Part shown: piece by piece, positions 30,626 through 41,285 of the stretch
Layout: the number at the start of each line of letters is the position of its first letter
Numbering within the stretch: position 1 is the first letter of the stretch
Origin: an uncultured delta proteobacterium
Lineage (GTDB): Bacteria; Myxococcota; Myxococcia; Myxococcales; Anaeromyxobacteraceae
Length of the DNA: 64,000 bases
Direction of reading: 5' to 3'
NCBI GenBank assembly: GCA_963845515.1
Contig: CAWJSR010000020.1
Location: 1 to 64,000 of the forward strand
Position numbers and translations under genes: made by a program
Notes under the pieces: generated by a model
Database searches by the model: none
Seen by the model: the letters and a program-made list of their open reading frames with translations, nothing else
Told to the model about the DNA's origin: nothing

Positions 30626-33020
30626 TTAGCGGCGAAGCGAAACGAGGGTCACGGCGTCTCCCCCTTCGTGGTCCTCCCCGCGCCGGAACGAGGCGACATA
30701 CGGCGACGCAGATAGGTGGTCGCGCAGAGCCTGCTTGAGCGCTCCGGTGCCGTGGCCGTGGAGGATGAGGCATTCTGCCTCACCCTCCGAGTAGAGCCGA
30801 TCCAGGAACCGCTCCACTTCACGCAGTAGCTCGTCGACCCGGAGTCCGCGCACGTCCAGGCGGCCGTGGAGCGTGGGAGCGGCTGCCCCCGCCGCAGCCT
30901 CGGCGGCGGCCAGCTTCTCCGATCGTGTGCGCGCCAGCGAGGGGGCTGGGCGGGCCTTCCCTTGAAGTGCGATCAGGTCGGACACCGGCCGGCGCATCTT
31001 GAGGCCGCCTATCCGCACCAGCGCCTCCTCCCCGTCGGTCTCCAGGACCTCCCCATCCTTGCCCAGGGAGACCACGCGGACCCGCGCCCCGGGCACGACG
31101 GTGCCACCCGGCAGCGACTCCCGGACCGTCTCGGCGCGCGCCTGCGCCCCTTGCGTGCCGCGCCGCACCGTCTCGCGCCACTCCTCGAGCTGCCGCTGCG
31201 CGTCGGCCGCCTTCTTCACCGAGGGCTTCGCCTGCAGCTCCGCCAGCACGCGGGCGACCTCGCCGCGCGCAGCCTCGAGCTCGTCGATCAGCGCCTCCCC
31301 CATCCGCGCAGCAGCCTCCTTCTCCGCGCGCCGAGCCTCCACCTCTGCGCGCTTCGCGACCGCTTCGCGCTCCTCGGCCGCCCTCCGCGCAAGCTCCGCG
31401 CCCCGCCGCTCGCTCTCTGCGCGCGCCCGCTCCTCCTCGAGCGCCCGCAGCGCCTCGCCCAGCGCGCCACCGCTCCCCCGCATGGCTGCCCGCGCCCGCT
31501 CGATCACGGCGGGCGGCAGGCCGACCCGTCCCGCGACCTCGATCGCGGACGAGCTGCCGGGCGTCCCGAGGTGGAGCTGGAAGGTGGGGGCGAGCCGCTC
31601 CGCGTCGAACCCCACGCGCGCGTTCGCGTAGCGGGGGTCGGACAGCGCGATGGCCTTGAGCTCCTCCAGGTGCGTGGTCACGAGGACCGTGGCGCCCCGC
31701 TCGACCAGGGCCTCGAGGATCGCAGCCGCGAGCGCGGCCCCCTCGCGCGGGTCGGTGTCAGCGGCGATCTCGTCCACCAGCACGAGCGAGCCGGGAACCG
31801 CGCCGTGGAGCATGTCCCGGACCGCAGTGAGGTGCGCGGTGAAGGTGGACAGATCCTTGTGGAGGTCGCCCCGCTCGTCCACCGCCGCCCGCACCTCCAG
31901 GTAGAAGGGGAGGCGCGAGCCGAGCGCCGCCGCCACCGGCAGTCCGGCGCGCAGCATGAGCGCGGAGAGCCCCACCGCGGTGATGGCCACCGTCTTCCCG
32001 CCGCCGTTCGGTCCCGAGACGATCAGCGCCCGCTGGGGCGGGGAGAGCCGGACGTGGCTCGCCACCACCTTCTTGCCCTGCAGGGCGAGGAGCGGGTGGC
32101 GCAGGGAGAGCAGCTCGAACCCCCCACCCTCCTGCGCGACCTCGGGGGAGTGGGCGTCGAGGTCGGACGCGAGCCGCGCGGCCCCCTCCATGACGTCCAG
32201 CTCGGCGAGCCGGCCGAGGTCGGCGGAGAGCGCCGCGGCATCCCTGCGGAGCGCGTCGGAGAGCTCCCGCAGGATCCGGTGCCTCCTCCTCGGCCGCCGT
32301 CGCGTTGGCGATCGCCAGCTCGTTCCCGAGCTCGACCATGCCGTCGGGCTCGACGAAGAGGGTCTGGCCCGACTGGGACGCGTTGTGGACGATGCCGGGG
32401 ACGGCGGAGCGGGAGGCGGCGAGGACGGGCAGGACATACCGCTCGTTCCGTATGGTGAAGTAGGTGTCGCGCAGGTGCTGCTGCATCTCCGCGTCGGCCA
32501 GGTAGCTCTCCACCTGCGTCTTGAGCGCCCGGTGGAGGCCGCGAGCCCGCTCCCGCGCGGCGGCGAGGGCCGGGCTCGCGCGATCCGAGACGGCTCCGGA
32601 GGGGTCTATGCACCGCTCGATCCGGTCGGCGAGCCTGTCGTCGTCGGAGAGCGGCTCGGCGATCGCCCACAACCTGGAGGCCTCGGACGCCCTGGCCTCC
32701 ATGGCGCGGCGGGTCCGGGCGACGGCGCGGACCAGCCCTGCGCACTCGCGCAGCGCCACGGGCTCGAGGACGCCGCCCTTCGCGGCCCGCTCCAGGTGGG
32801 GCTCGACGTCGACGACCCCCCCCAGCGGCAGCGACCAGGCCGCCTCGGAGAGCTTGCGGGCCTCGTCGACGCGCGCGAGGGCCTCGCGGGCGGCGCTGGC
32901 GTCCTGCTGGAAGGGGAGGCCGTGGGCCCGGGCCCGGCCGGCTGGGAGGCGGCAGCGCTGCGCGAGCGCCTCCAGGATCTCGGGCCAGCCTAGCTCTTCC
33001 AGTGTGCGTGGGTGGGTCAT
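30626..33020 (-). CDS. mutS2: MutS2 endonuclease, frameshift near 32280
   Basis: TLEELGW, SQSGQTLFVEP, SGPNGGGKT, STFTAH, VTTH, Smr domain ILHGHGTGAL. Confidence 0.94.
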
Positions 33021-33185
33021 CGTGGCCGTCTCGCGGCGCCATTCCGTACCCCGTCCCGCGCCCGCGCGCCACAGCATCCACCTTCCCCAGGCGCGACGCT
33101 GGACGGCGCCGGAGCGTGCGCTTCTTCGCCGCGTACCTCGCGTACGGGATCCCGAAACGTCGGCCGTCGCGCTAAGCTCGCGCGC

Positions 33186-33497
33186 ATGATGGTCGTCCCT
33201 CCGCTCGAGTGCCCTCACTGTACGGCACGCCTCACGGCGTCAGACGTCCTCGATGCCTGCTCGGTCTCGGTGCCCGAGAGCGGGCTCATCCGCCTCCAGT
33301 GCCCTCGCTGCGGCGGGGCCGCGGCTGCACGCCTCGCGGACGGCCGGCTCGAGCTGGGCGCATCGCCGAAGGCCGGGAGCGGGGCCTTCAGGCCGACGGC
33401 CGTGCTCGCCGAGCCCGAGTTGTTCGTGCGGCGGGAGGCGAGCTGGGTCGACTGCTGGCTGCGAAAGGTCTACCGCCGCTTCCCTGTGGGAGCGTGA
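33186..33497 (+). CDS. small zinc-ribbon protein
   Basis: CPHC...CPRC pair, GC-rich third codon positions. Confidence 0.65.
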   Translation: MMVVPPLECPHCTARLTASDVLDACSVSVPESGLIRLQCPRCGGAAAARLADGRLELGASPKAGSGAFRPTAVLAEPELFVRREASWVDCWLRKVYRRFPVGA

Positions 33498-33516
33498 GCG
33501 CAGTACCCTGCGCCGC

Positions 33517-34119
33517 GTGAAGAACGGACCGCCGCGCGAGGGCCCCGAACCGGAGCTCGTGGCCCGTGCAGCGGCGGGCGACCACGCTGCGTTGAGAGCG
33601 CTCTACGACGCTCACCGCCCGGACGTCCACCGGGTGGCGCGCGGCTTCGCGGGGCTCGACGCCGACGACGTCGAGGACGTGGTCCAGGAGACCTTCGTCC
33701 GCGCGTTCCGCCACGTCGCCGGTCTCGAGCACCATGGCCGCTTCGTGCCGTGGCTCCTGACGATCGCCCGGAACCGGGCGCTCAGCCGGCTCGCGCGGCG
33801 GAAGTCGGAGTCGGAGACGGTGGCCGAGTTCGGGCGGGAGGCCGAGGCTCACATGGAGGTCGAGCTGGAGCCGCCCGATCTCGAGGCAGAGCTCGAGCTG
33901 GACGTCGTGCGCAAGGTCATCGCGTCGCTCCCGGACGGGGCCGAGAAGGAGACGGTCCAGCTCTTCTACGTGGAGGGGAAGCTCTCGGCGCGCGAGATCG
34001 CCGAGCGGCTGGGTGTAGGCAAGAGCGCAATCACCATGCGGCTGGAGCGCTTTCGCGCGAAGGTGAAAAAAAGGATCCTCGCAGAGGTGGCCAGATTGCG
34101 CGGCGAAGGGTCGACATGA
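33517..34119 (+). CDS. ECF RNA polymerase sigma factor
   Basis: EDVVQETFVRAF, WLLTIARN, LSAREIAERLGV. Confidence 0.92.
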   Translation: MKNGPPREGPEPELVARAAAGDHAALRALYDAHRPDVHRVARGFAGLDADDVEDVVQETFVRAFRHVAGLEHHGRFVPWLLTIARNRALSRLARRKSESETVAEFGREAEAHMEVELEPPDLEAELELDVVRKVIASLPDGAEKETVQLFYVEGKLSAREIAERLGVGKSAITMRLERFRAKVKKRILAEVARLRGEGST

Positions 34120-34928
34120 CGATGCACCTGGATTCCCAAACGATTGCGGCCCTGCTGGATGGCACGCTCCCCCCGGACGAGGCCCGTGCGCTATCCGCGC
34201 ACCTCGACGGGGACTGTGAGCAATGTGAGCTTTTGCTCTCGGTGCAAACGAACGTTGACGGATTGGATGGCCTGGCCGACGCGTCGATCGCGTCGGCGCT
34301 GCCGTCGGCAGCCGGCGTTGGGAACGACCTCGAGTTCGCGCGCATCACCCGTGCCCTCCACGAGCGGCGCTCGGCGCCGCGCCGGTTCATCATCCCCTCA
34401 GCCGTCGCGGCCGCGCTCCTCATCGCGGGCGTGGCCGGGCTCGCGGCTCACCAGCTTCGCGCCCCGCGGGCCGACGTCGCCGCCTGGGACGGAGCCAAGG
34501 GCTTCGGCGCGCGCGCGATCCCAGTCAGGCTGCGCTTCCTCGCGATGGGGGAGGGCGGGCGGATCGAGAAGGGGATCTCGGGCGAGCCTGTCGACGCCGG
34601 CTCGAGCCTGCTCTTCGAGGTGGAGGCTGCCAGGGCGGCGGACCTGGCGCTCGCCCGCGTCTCTCCCGACGGGACCACGGAGGTCATCTGGCGCCGGCGC
34701 GTCGAAGGCGGCCGGACGCAGGTCGAGGTGAGGGGCCGGCCCGCCGCATACCCGCTCACCGGCCTCTCGGGGCCGCAGCGCTTCGTCCTGGTCGCGAGCG
34801 AGAGCGGGCTCGACGAGCTGCGCGCGCAGCACGCGGCGAGGGCGCTGGCCCCTCCTGGCCGGATCTCCGGCGACTCTCCAGAGCTGGAGGGCCTGTCGTT
34901 GGATGTGGTGGAAATCTCCGTTTACTGA
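34116..34928 (+). CDS. zf-HC2-type membrane anti-sigma factor
   Basis: HLDGDCEQC, single TM helix, KG motif, extracytoplasmic domain; ATGA-coupled to the sigma gene. Confidence 0.8.
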   Translation: MTMHLDSQTIAALLDGTLPPDEARALSAHLDGDCEQCELLLSVQTNVDGLDGLADASIASALPSAAGVGNDLEFARITRALHERRSAPRRFIIPSAVAAALLIAGVAGLAAHQLRAPRADVAAWDGAKGFGARAIPVRLRFLAMGEGGRIEKGISGEPVDAGSSLLFEVEAARAADLALARVSPDGTTEVIWRRRVEGGRTQVEVRGRPAAYPLTGLSGPQRFVLVASESGLDELRAQHAARALAPPGRISGDSPELEGLSLDVVEISVY

Positions 34929-34982
34929 CCCTTAAGAGTGATGCATTACGGGTCCGGAACCAAGACCATCCGCCCCGCTCGC

Positions 34983-36641
34983 ATGCGCCCCCTCCTGCGA
35001 CGATCCCCGCTCCTCGCGGCAACGCTCGCCGCGCTCCTGGCATGTGGCGCGCAGCATGCAGAGAAGGGCGGCCTCGTGCCGCTCGACCTCTCCACCGTGC
35101 AGGTCGCGAAGAAGCACGCCCCGCGCCGCATCGCGCTGCTCATCGGCATCCAGAAGTTCGACGACGAGGGCTGGCGCCCGCTGCGCTTCCCGCAGGCCGA
35201 CGCTTATGCGCTGGCAGGTGTGCTCGGCGCCCGTGAGACCGGCGGGTTCGACGAGGTGGAGGTCCTGGCGGCGAACGCCTCGCGAGAGGAGCTCCGCGCC
35301 GCGCTCCGGCGGCTCGCAGTGCGCGTCCGGGACGAGCGGGACACCGTGGTGCTCTACGTCTCCTCGCACGGAACGCTCGCGCGCGACGCAAAGGGGGAGC
35401 TGCGCCGCTACCTGGTGACCCGCGAGACCCGGGTCGGCGCCGTCGCCGAGACGGCCCTCTCGATGGACGAGCTGAGAGCCGAGTTCGAGGAGCTCCGCTC
35501 GCGCCGGAAGGTGCTCATCCTCGCCGCCTGCCACTCGGGGAGCGGCAAGTCCGTCCTTCCGTCGGAGCTCCGCGCCGAGCTGCGAGTGACCAAGGCAGGC
35601 TTCTTCGTCCGGCCGATAGAGGAGGTGAGCCGCGCCAGCGTGATCCTCGCCGCCAGCGACTGGGGCGAGACCGCCCGCGAGGACGAGCGGCTCGGCAACG
35701 ACATCTACACGCACTTCCTGGTCGAGGCGCTCCGGCTCGGCGTCGACCGTAACGGCGACGGCGCGGTGACGGTCTCCGAGGCGCACGACTACGCCCGCCG
35801 GATGACCTACGAGTACACAGGTGGGAAGCAGCGCCCCGCGGCGGAGACCTCGGAGGTCGGGGTCGACCCGATCGTCCTCGCGGGGCGCGTGAGGCGCGCC
35901 GGGCGCCCGGAGATCTTCAGCTACTCGAAGCGGCTCGACGGCTTCACCGTCCGCGTCGACGGCAAGCCGCTCGCGGAGCTTCCCGGCGGGGTCGCGCTCG
36001 ACGCGGGCGAGCACTACGTCCAGATCGCCAAGGGAGGGGCGGCGCCGCTGCTCGACACGGCGGTCGATCTGGATCCCGGCGAGCGCATGGACGTCGAGAG
36101 CCTGATGGTCCGCTCCGCCGGGCGCGTCGAGGTCGCCCCGCGCGTCGCGATGCTCGGGTTCCTCGATCGGCGCAGCCGCGACCAGATCCTGGGCACGGTC
36201 CCCGGCGCCGGCGCCGCGATGACCTTCCGCGAGTGGCCCATGGCGGGGATGGACCTGCGCTTCGACGTGATCACCGCGTCGGGCCGCTCACCGCTCGCGA
36301 TCCCCGGCGGGCCGGAGAGCGTCCGGTACGACGCGCTGACGGCCGGCGTCTCGCTGCCGTGGCGGGTCCGACCGGAGTGGCTGGGGAGCGCCGAGCTGAT
36401 GGCCGGTCCCCGCCTCTCCGCGCTCTGGATCCGGCGCCGCTTCGACGCGGCGTTCACAGCAGCGCCGCAGAGCTACCTGACGGTGACGCCCGGGCTGATG
36501 CTGGGTCTGGAGGTGCCGATGCTTCGCAGGCTCTCCCTGGGGGCGGAGCTGCACCTCGATTGGACGTTGGTCAGGATTGACGGCAACAATCGTTCGAGTG
36601 CCCTGGCGGAGGGCTTGCTAGGATTGGGGTGGCGGTTCTAG
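34983..36641 (+). CDS. caspase-family (peptidase C14) lipoprotein with C-terminal beta-barrel-like region
   Basis: lipobox LLAC, RIALLIGI, YVSSHG and ILAACHSG dyad, ARED..LGNDIYTHFL, ends GLGWRF. Confidence 0.88.
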   Translation: MRPLLRRSPLLAATLAALLACGAQHAEKGGLVPLDLSTVQVAKKHAPRRIALLIGIQKFDDEGWRPLRFPQADAYALAGVLGARETGGFDEVEVLAANASREELRAALRRLAVRVRDERDTVVLYVSSHGTLARDAKGELRRYLVTRETRVGAVAETALSMDELRAEFEELRSRRKVLILAACHSGSGKSVLPSELRAELRVTKAGFFVRPIEEVSRASVILAASDWGETAREDERLGNDIYTHFLVEALRLGVDRNGDGAVTVSEAHDYARRMTYEYTGGKQRPAAETSEVGVDPIVLAGRVRRAGRPEIFSYSKRLDGFTVRVDGKPLAELPGGVALDAGEHYVQIAKGGAAPLLDTAVDLDPGERMDVESLMVRSAGRVEVAPRVAMLGFLDRRSRDQILGTVPGAGAAMTFREWPMAGMDLRFDVITASGRSPLAIPGGPESVRYDALTAGVSLPWRVRPEWLGSAELMAGPRLSALWIRRRFDAAFTAAPQSYLTVTPGLMLGLEVPMLRRLSLGAELHLDWTLVRIDGNNRSSALAEGLLGLGWRF

Positions 36642-36690
36642 ATGTCGTGACCGCGCGGCAGGGCCGCGGGTCCCACGTGAGAGCAGAGCA

Positions 36691-37878
36691 ATGATCAACA
36701 GAGCGCCACATTTCCTGCTATTGCTGCCAACACTGGCGGTGATTGTGGGCGCTTGTGGTGGATTGGAGACGCCTGTAGGCGCGATCACCGGGCGGATCGT
36801 CGGCGCGGCGACCACCGGCGCCTACGTCTACCCGCTCGGGCGCCCGGACCTGAAGGTGGACGTCCAGCCGGACGGCAGCTACCGGCTCGAGGCGGTGCCC
36901 ATCGAGCTGCGGGCCCTGGTCCTCTACGACGGCTTCCCGATGCCGGACGGGCGCGCTGAGTTGGTGCAGGTGCGGCTGACGGGCGGCACCGAGAACCGGA
37001 TCCCGGATCGGTTCGGCGGAGCAGGCGGGCTCATGCCGATTGCGGGGACCGTCCTGGCCGCGGCCGTGCCGGACGGAGGCGCGACGCCCTGGCGGCCGAC
37101 CTTCACGCTCCCTGCGACCGTCCACGCCGGCATCACCCCCGACACGGGGGGCGTCAGGGAGATCTGGCCGCTCCCCGCCGGTCAGTACGACGTCGGAGCC
37201 GTCCTCACCGGGTTCGACGCCGGCAGGATCACGGTGACCGTGTCCGCCGCGATGACCTCGGCCGCGCCTGTGCCGCTCCTGATCGATGCCGGCGCGACCG
37301 CGCCTGGCTGCGGCTCTGTCCCCGTCACTCCCGCGTGCGAGAACGGGCTCGTCTGTGAGCCTGCCGACGGGCGTTGCTACGAGTGCACGGCGAGCGATGC
37401 GAGCAACTGCTCGAGCGGGTGCGACCTGGACACCCACACCTGCAACGCGCCGGCTCCGGCGGTGTCGACCTGGTGCTCGCCCTGCACGTCGGGGAGCAAC
37501 GACTGCGCGTCGGCCACGTTGCCTGGCCTGTACTGCCGGGTGTCGGAAGACTCGACCACCGGCACCGGCTACTGCACGAATGGTTGCACCTCCGACTCGG
37601 ACTGTTCCGCCGCCGGCTTCAAGTGCGACGAAGGGCGCTGCAAGGCACTGGAGGGCTGCAACGGCTGGGTCCAGACGATGGGGGCCGTCTGCTACTCCGA
37701 CTCTCGCTGCGCGTCCTACCTCGCCGGCGGCCGGTGCTCGGGAGACCACGACGGCCTACCCGGTACTTGCACTGCGCCCTGCGCGGTCGATGGCGACTGT
37801 GCGGTCGGCTCGGTCACGTCGTTCGTGTGCGCGCCCGTCCCCGGCGGCGAGATGCCCTTGGGGTGCGTTCCGGGATAG
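36691..37878 (+). CDS. Cys-rich lipoprotein with carboxypeptidase-regulatory-like N-terminal domains
   Basis: lipobox VGAC, GAITGRIVG, many CxxDxDC-type repeats. Confidence 0.8.
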   Translation: MINRAPHFLLLLPTLAVIVGACGGLETPVGAITGRIVGAATTGAYVYPLGRPDLKVDVQPDGSYRLEAVPIELRALVLYDGFPMPDGRAELVQVRLTGGTENRIPDRFGGAGGLMPIAGTVLAAAVPDGGATPWRPTFTLPATVHAGITPDTGGVREIWPLPAGQYDVGAVLTGFDAGRITVTVSAAMTSAAPVPLLIDAGATAPGCGSVPVTPACENGLVCEPADGRCYECTASDASNCSSGCDLDTHTCNAPAPAVSTWCSPCTSGSNDCASATLPGLYCRVSEDSTTGTGYCTNGCTSDSDCSAAGFKCDEGRCKALEGCNGWVQTMGAVCYSDSRCASYLAGGRCSGDHDGLPGTCTAPCAVDGDCAVGSVTSFVCAPVPGGEMPLGCVPG

Positions 37879-37970
37879 CGCCTGGCGACCCGAACGGGGG
37901 GCGATTGTCGCTGCGCGGTGCGCGGGAAGCGCGGTAGAACAGGGCGCCGTCCGACAGGAGGGAACCCCCG

Positions 37971-39416
37971 ATGAAGCTCGCTGCCCCGCTCGCGCTCTGC
38001 CTCCTCGCCGCCGGCTGCTCCGGCCCCGCTGGCTCCGCCGGCGCCGCCAAGCCGGTGAAGGAAGGCTCGACGCCGCGTCCGGATCTCCTCTCCGTCGATC
38101 GGGCGATCCTCGCCATCGAGGCGGCCGAGCTGCGCGGGGGAGAGGCCACGGTCCGGCAGGGGTTCGCCGCCCAGTGGGAGGCGAAGCCCGACTCCGCCCC
38201 GGCGCGGTTCCTCGCGCTCTACGCGCGCAGTCGCGACGAGGGGACCTGGGCCGAGTTCAAGGCGATGTCGACCGAGCAGCGCGACTCGGGGCTCGGCTGG
38301 CTCGGCCAGGCGCGGATCTACGTCGGCTGGAAGGTATGGGATCAGGTCGACAAGGTGATCGACCAGGGCTTCGAGGCCGAGCCGGACAACTGGCTGCTCG
38401 TCATCCCCCGCGCCCTGGCGGCCGAGGGGCGCGGCCGGTTCGACGTCGCCGCTGCCGACTGGAAGATGGTGCTCGGGGTCGATCCGGCGAACCCGCAGGC
38501 GCTGATGGGACGCGCCCGAGCGGCGCGCCGCGCCGGGGACGGGGCGGTGGCCCGCACCGCTTGCGACTCGGCGCTCGCGTCGGCGCCCGGTCACTTCCCG
38601 GCCCTGCTCATGCTCGCCGAGCTGTCGGCCGAGGCCGGTGACAAGGAGGGGGCGGCCACGTGGTACGCGAAGGCCGTCGAGGCGAGCCCGCGCGACCGTC
38701 CGCTCCGCATCACGCTCGCGAAGCTCCTGACCGAGAAGGGGGACGCCGCCGGCGCGCGCGACCAGTGGAAGGAGGTGCTCGGGCTCAAGGTGGAGCCGGA
38801 GGCGCTCGTCTCCTACGCCGCGGCGGCCCGGGCGGCAGGCGACGTGAAGGCGGAGGAGGCGGCGATCGAGAAGCTCGCGGCCGTCGATCCCGGCGCCGCG
38901 GAGTGGAAGCGGGTCGCGGAGATCCGGCTCGCCTCCGGCGACGTCGTGGGCGCCGAGGCGGCCCTGCGCCGGACGCTCACGCGCGACCCGAAGGACCTCG
39001 CCGCCAACGCGGCGATGGGGATGATCCAGGAGGGGAAGGGGGAGCTCGAGGCTGCCATCGCGAGCTACCGCGCCGCTGGCGAGGCCGGACTGGGCGCGCG
39101 TCGCGCGCTCGAGCAGCGGCTCAACATCGAGCCGCTCACCCGCCCCAACGTCGGCGCGCTGCAGAAGGCGGCCGGGGCGCTCATCGAGAAGACCTACAAG
39201 GCGCGCGTCGCCGAGTGGCCCAACCTCGCCGGCGCGCTCAAGATCCGCGTGACGACCGACGCGACCGGAGCCGCCACCCTCGTCGAGGTGCTGGAGGACA
39301 CGGTCTCCGATCCCGCGGTCCGCGCCTGCGCCTACTGGAACCTCCGCGATGCCACGTACACGCAGAAGAAGCCCGGCCGGTACACCTTCGTCTTCGCGCT
39401 CCGCACGCCGCGGTAG
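37971..39416 (+). CDS. TPR lipoprotein with C-terminal TonB-C/AgmX-like domain
   Basis: lipobox AAGC, TPR helices, PNLAGALKIRV...DPAVRAC...YTFVF. Confidence 0.8.
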   Translation: MKLAAPLALCLLAAGCSGPAGSAGAAKPVKEGSTPRPDLLSVDRAILAIEAAELRGGEATVRQGFAAQWEAKPDSAPARFLALYARSRDEGTWAEFKAMSTEQRDSGLGWLGQARIYVGWKVWDQVDKVIDQGFEAEPDNWLLVIPRALAAEGRGRFDVAAADWKMVLGVDPANPQALMGRARAARRAGDGAVARTACDSALASAPGHFPALLMLAELSAEAGDKEGAATWYAKAVEASPRDRPLRITLAKLLTEKGDAAGARDQWKEVLGLKVEPEALVSYAAAARAAGDVKAEEAAIEKLAAVDPGAAEWKRVAEIRLASGDVVGAEAALRRTLTRDPKDLAANAAMGMIQEGKGELEAAIASYRAAGEAGLGARRALEQRLNIEPLTRPNVGALQKAAGALIEKTYKARVAEWPNLAGALKIRVTTDATGAATLVEVLEDTVSDPAVRACAYWNLRDATYTQKKPGRYTFVFALRTPR

Positions 39417-40608
39417 CCAGACCGCGCCGCGCGTCCGCACCGGGCTGGATCAGCTCGTCTCGGACCGCTTCCGCGCGCTCCGCGGACGCAGGGTGGGGCT
39501 CGTCTGCAACCCGACCTCCGTCGACGCGCGGCTCCGGCACGCGGCGGACCTCTTCGCGGCTGCGCCAGGCGTGACGCTGGGCGCCCTCTTCGGCCCCGAG
39601 CACGGCGTCCGCGGCGACGCGCAGTACATGAGAGCGGTCGGGAGCGATCGGGATCCCCTGACGGGCGTGCAGGCCTTCTCCCTGTACGGCGACACCGCCG
39701 CCAGCCTCAAGCCGACGGCGGGGCAGCTGTCAGGGCTCGATCTCCTGGTCTTCGACGTTCAGGACGTCGGCGCGCGCTACTACACCTATCAGGCGACGAT
39801 GATGCTCTGCATGGAGGCGGCGGCGGCGGCCGGCATCTCCTTCACGGTGCTCGATCGGCCGAACCCCATCGGCGGAGTCGCGGTGGAGGGGCCGGCGCTG
39901 CGCGCAGGCTTCGAGAGCTTCTGCGGGCTCCACGACGTCGCGGTCCGCCACGGGATGACGGTCGGTGAGCTGGCCGCGCTCTTCCGCGCCGAGCGGCGAC
40001 TCGACCTCGAGCTCGAGGTCATCCCGTGCGAGGGCTGGCGGCGCGGGATGGACTTCCGCGCGACCAGGCTCCCCTGGGTCATCCCTTCCCCCAACATGCC
40101 TACGCCGGAGACCGCGCTCGTCTATCCCGGCATGTGTCTCCTGGAGGGGACCAACCTCTCGGAGGGGAGGGGTACGACGCGCCCCTTCGAGCTCTTCGGC
40201 GCGCCCTGGCTCGACGGCCACCGGCTCGCCGAGGCGCTGGCGTCGGATCGCCTGCCGGGAGTCCGCTTCCGCCCGGCCAGCTTCGTGCCGACGTGGGACA
40301 AGCACGCTGGCGTGCGCTGCCACGGCGTCCAGCTCCACGTGACCGACCCGGCGGCGTTCCGCCCGTTCCGGACCGGCCTCGCCTGCGTCCTCCGGGCGCG
40401 GGAGCAGGATCCGGCTCGCTTCCGCTGGCGCACCGAGCCGTACGAGTTCGTCGACGGCGTGCCGGCCTTCGATCTGCTCTGCGGCTCCTCCCGCGAGCGG
40501 GTGGCGATCGAGGCTGGCGCCCTGCCCGGTGCGCTCTTCGCTCACCTGGGCGCCGAGGAGCGCTCCTTCGTCCGGCGCCGTTCGGATTACCTCGCGTACG
40601 GCCGGTGA
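39413..40608 (+). CDS. namZ: exo-beta-N-acetylmuramidase (DUF1343)
   Basis: VRTGLD, FGPEHG, FDVQDVGARYYTY, LDRPNP, RHGMTVGE, PSPNMP, SEGRGTTRPFE; start codon unclear, probable indel. Confidence 0.9.
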
Positions 40609-40640
40609 GGTATTTTCTCCGCTCCGGGAAAAGCCACTGA

Positions 40641-41285
40641 ATGCGGATCGGACTCGCCAGCGACTGCTACGGGAACGTGGACGATCTCGCCCGCGCCCTG
40701 GAGCATTTCCAGGCGGTCAGGGTCGACCGGATCTTCTTCCTCGGCGGGCGGATCGCGGACGTGGACGCGGCGCTGGAGCTGGCGAAGGTCCGCCCGAGCG
40801 ATGCGGTCGCCGAAGCCGAGGGGGACGACGGCTTCCTGGCGGTCTTCCGCGGCGTGCTCGCGGCCCATGCCGTGGGGCCGGACGACGACCGGGAGCGGCT
40901 GAAGAAGAAGATCGTCCGGGTCGCGAGCCGGGCCTGCCCCGAGTACGCGGCCGGCACGGCGCCGAAGAAGCTCATGGAGCTGCTGGAGGGGCACGTGGCC
41001 TGCCTCGTCCACGACAAGTCCGAGTTCACGCGCGACGACATCACCAACGCGCTGCTCCTCTTCCACGGGAACAGCGCCCACGCTGCGATCGTGCAGATCG
41101 GCCCCCGCATCTTCGTCACGCCCGGCCACCTCCGCTCGCCGGCCCCCGAGGGGCGTCCCGCGTCGTGGTCGGTGGTCGAGCTGGAGCCGCGCACGCTGAC
41201 CCTCATCGTCTACGACACCGCAGGGAACGAGCTGCGGCGCGAGAAGGCCGACCTGGGCGGGCGCGCCAAGATGGTGGTGCGATGA
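40641..41285 (+). CDS. degenerate metallophosphoesterase-fold protein
   Basis: MRIGLASDCYGN, IFFLGG, LVHD, FHGN, FVTPG follow the YfcE-like layout with altered metal ligands. Confidence 0.6.
   Translation: MRIGLASDCYGNVDDLARALEHFQAVRVDRIFFLGGRIADVDAALELAKVRPSDAVAEAEGDDGFLAVFRGVLAAHAVGPDDDRERLKKKIVRVASRACPEYAAGTAPKKLMELLEGHVACLVHDKSEFTRDDITNALLLFHGNSAHAAIVQIGPRIFVTPGHLRSPAPEGRPASWSVVELEPRTLTLIVYDTAGNELRREKADLGGRAKMVVR

Noticed and set aside
34120..36780. Short lower-GC patches at about 34130-34330 and 36570-36780
   Set aside because: They lie at gene starts and ends with intact frames; too short to argue for foreign DNA.
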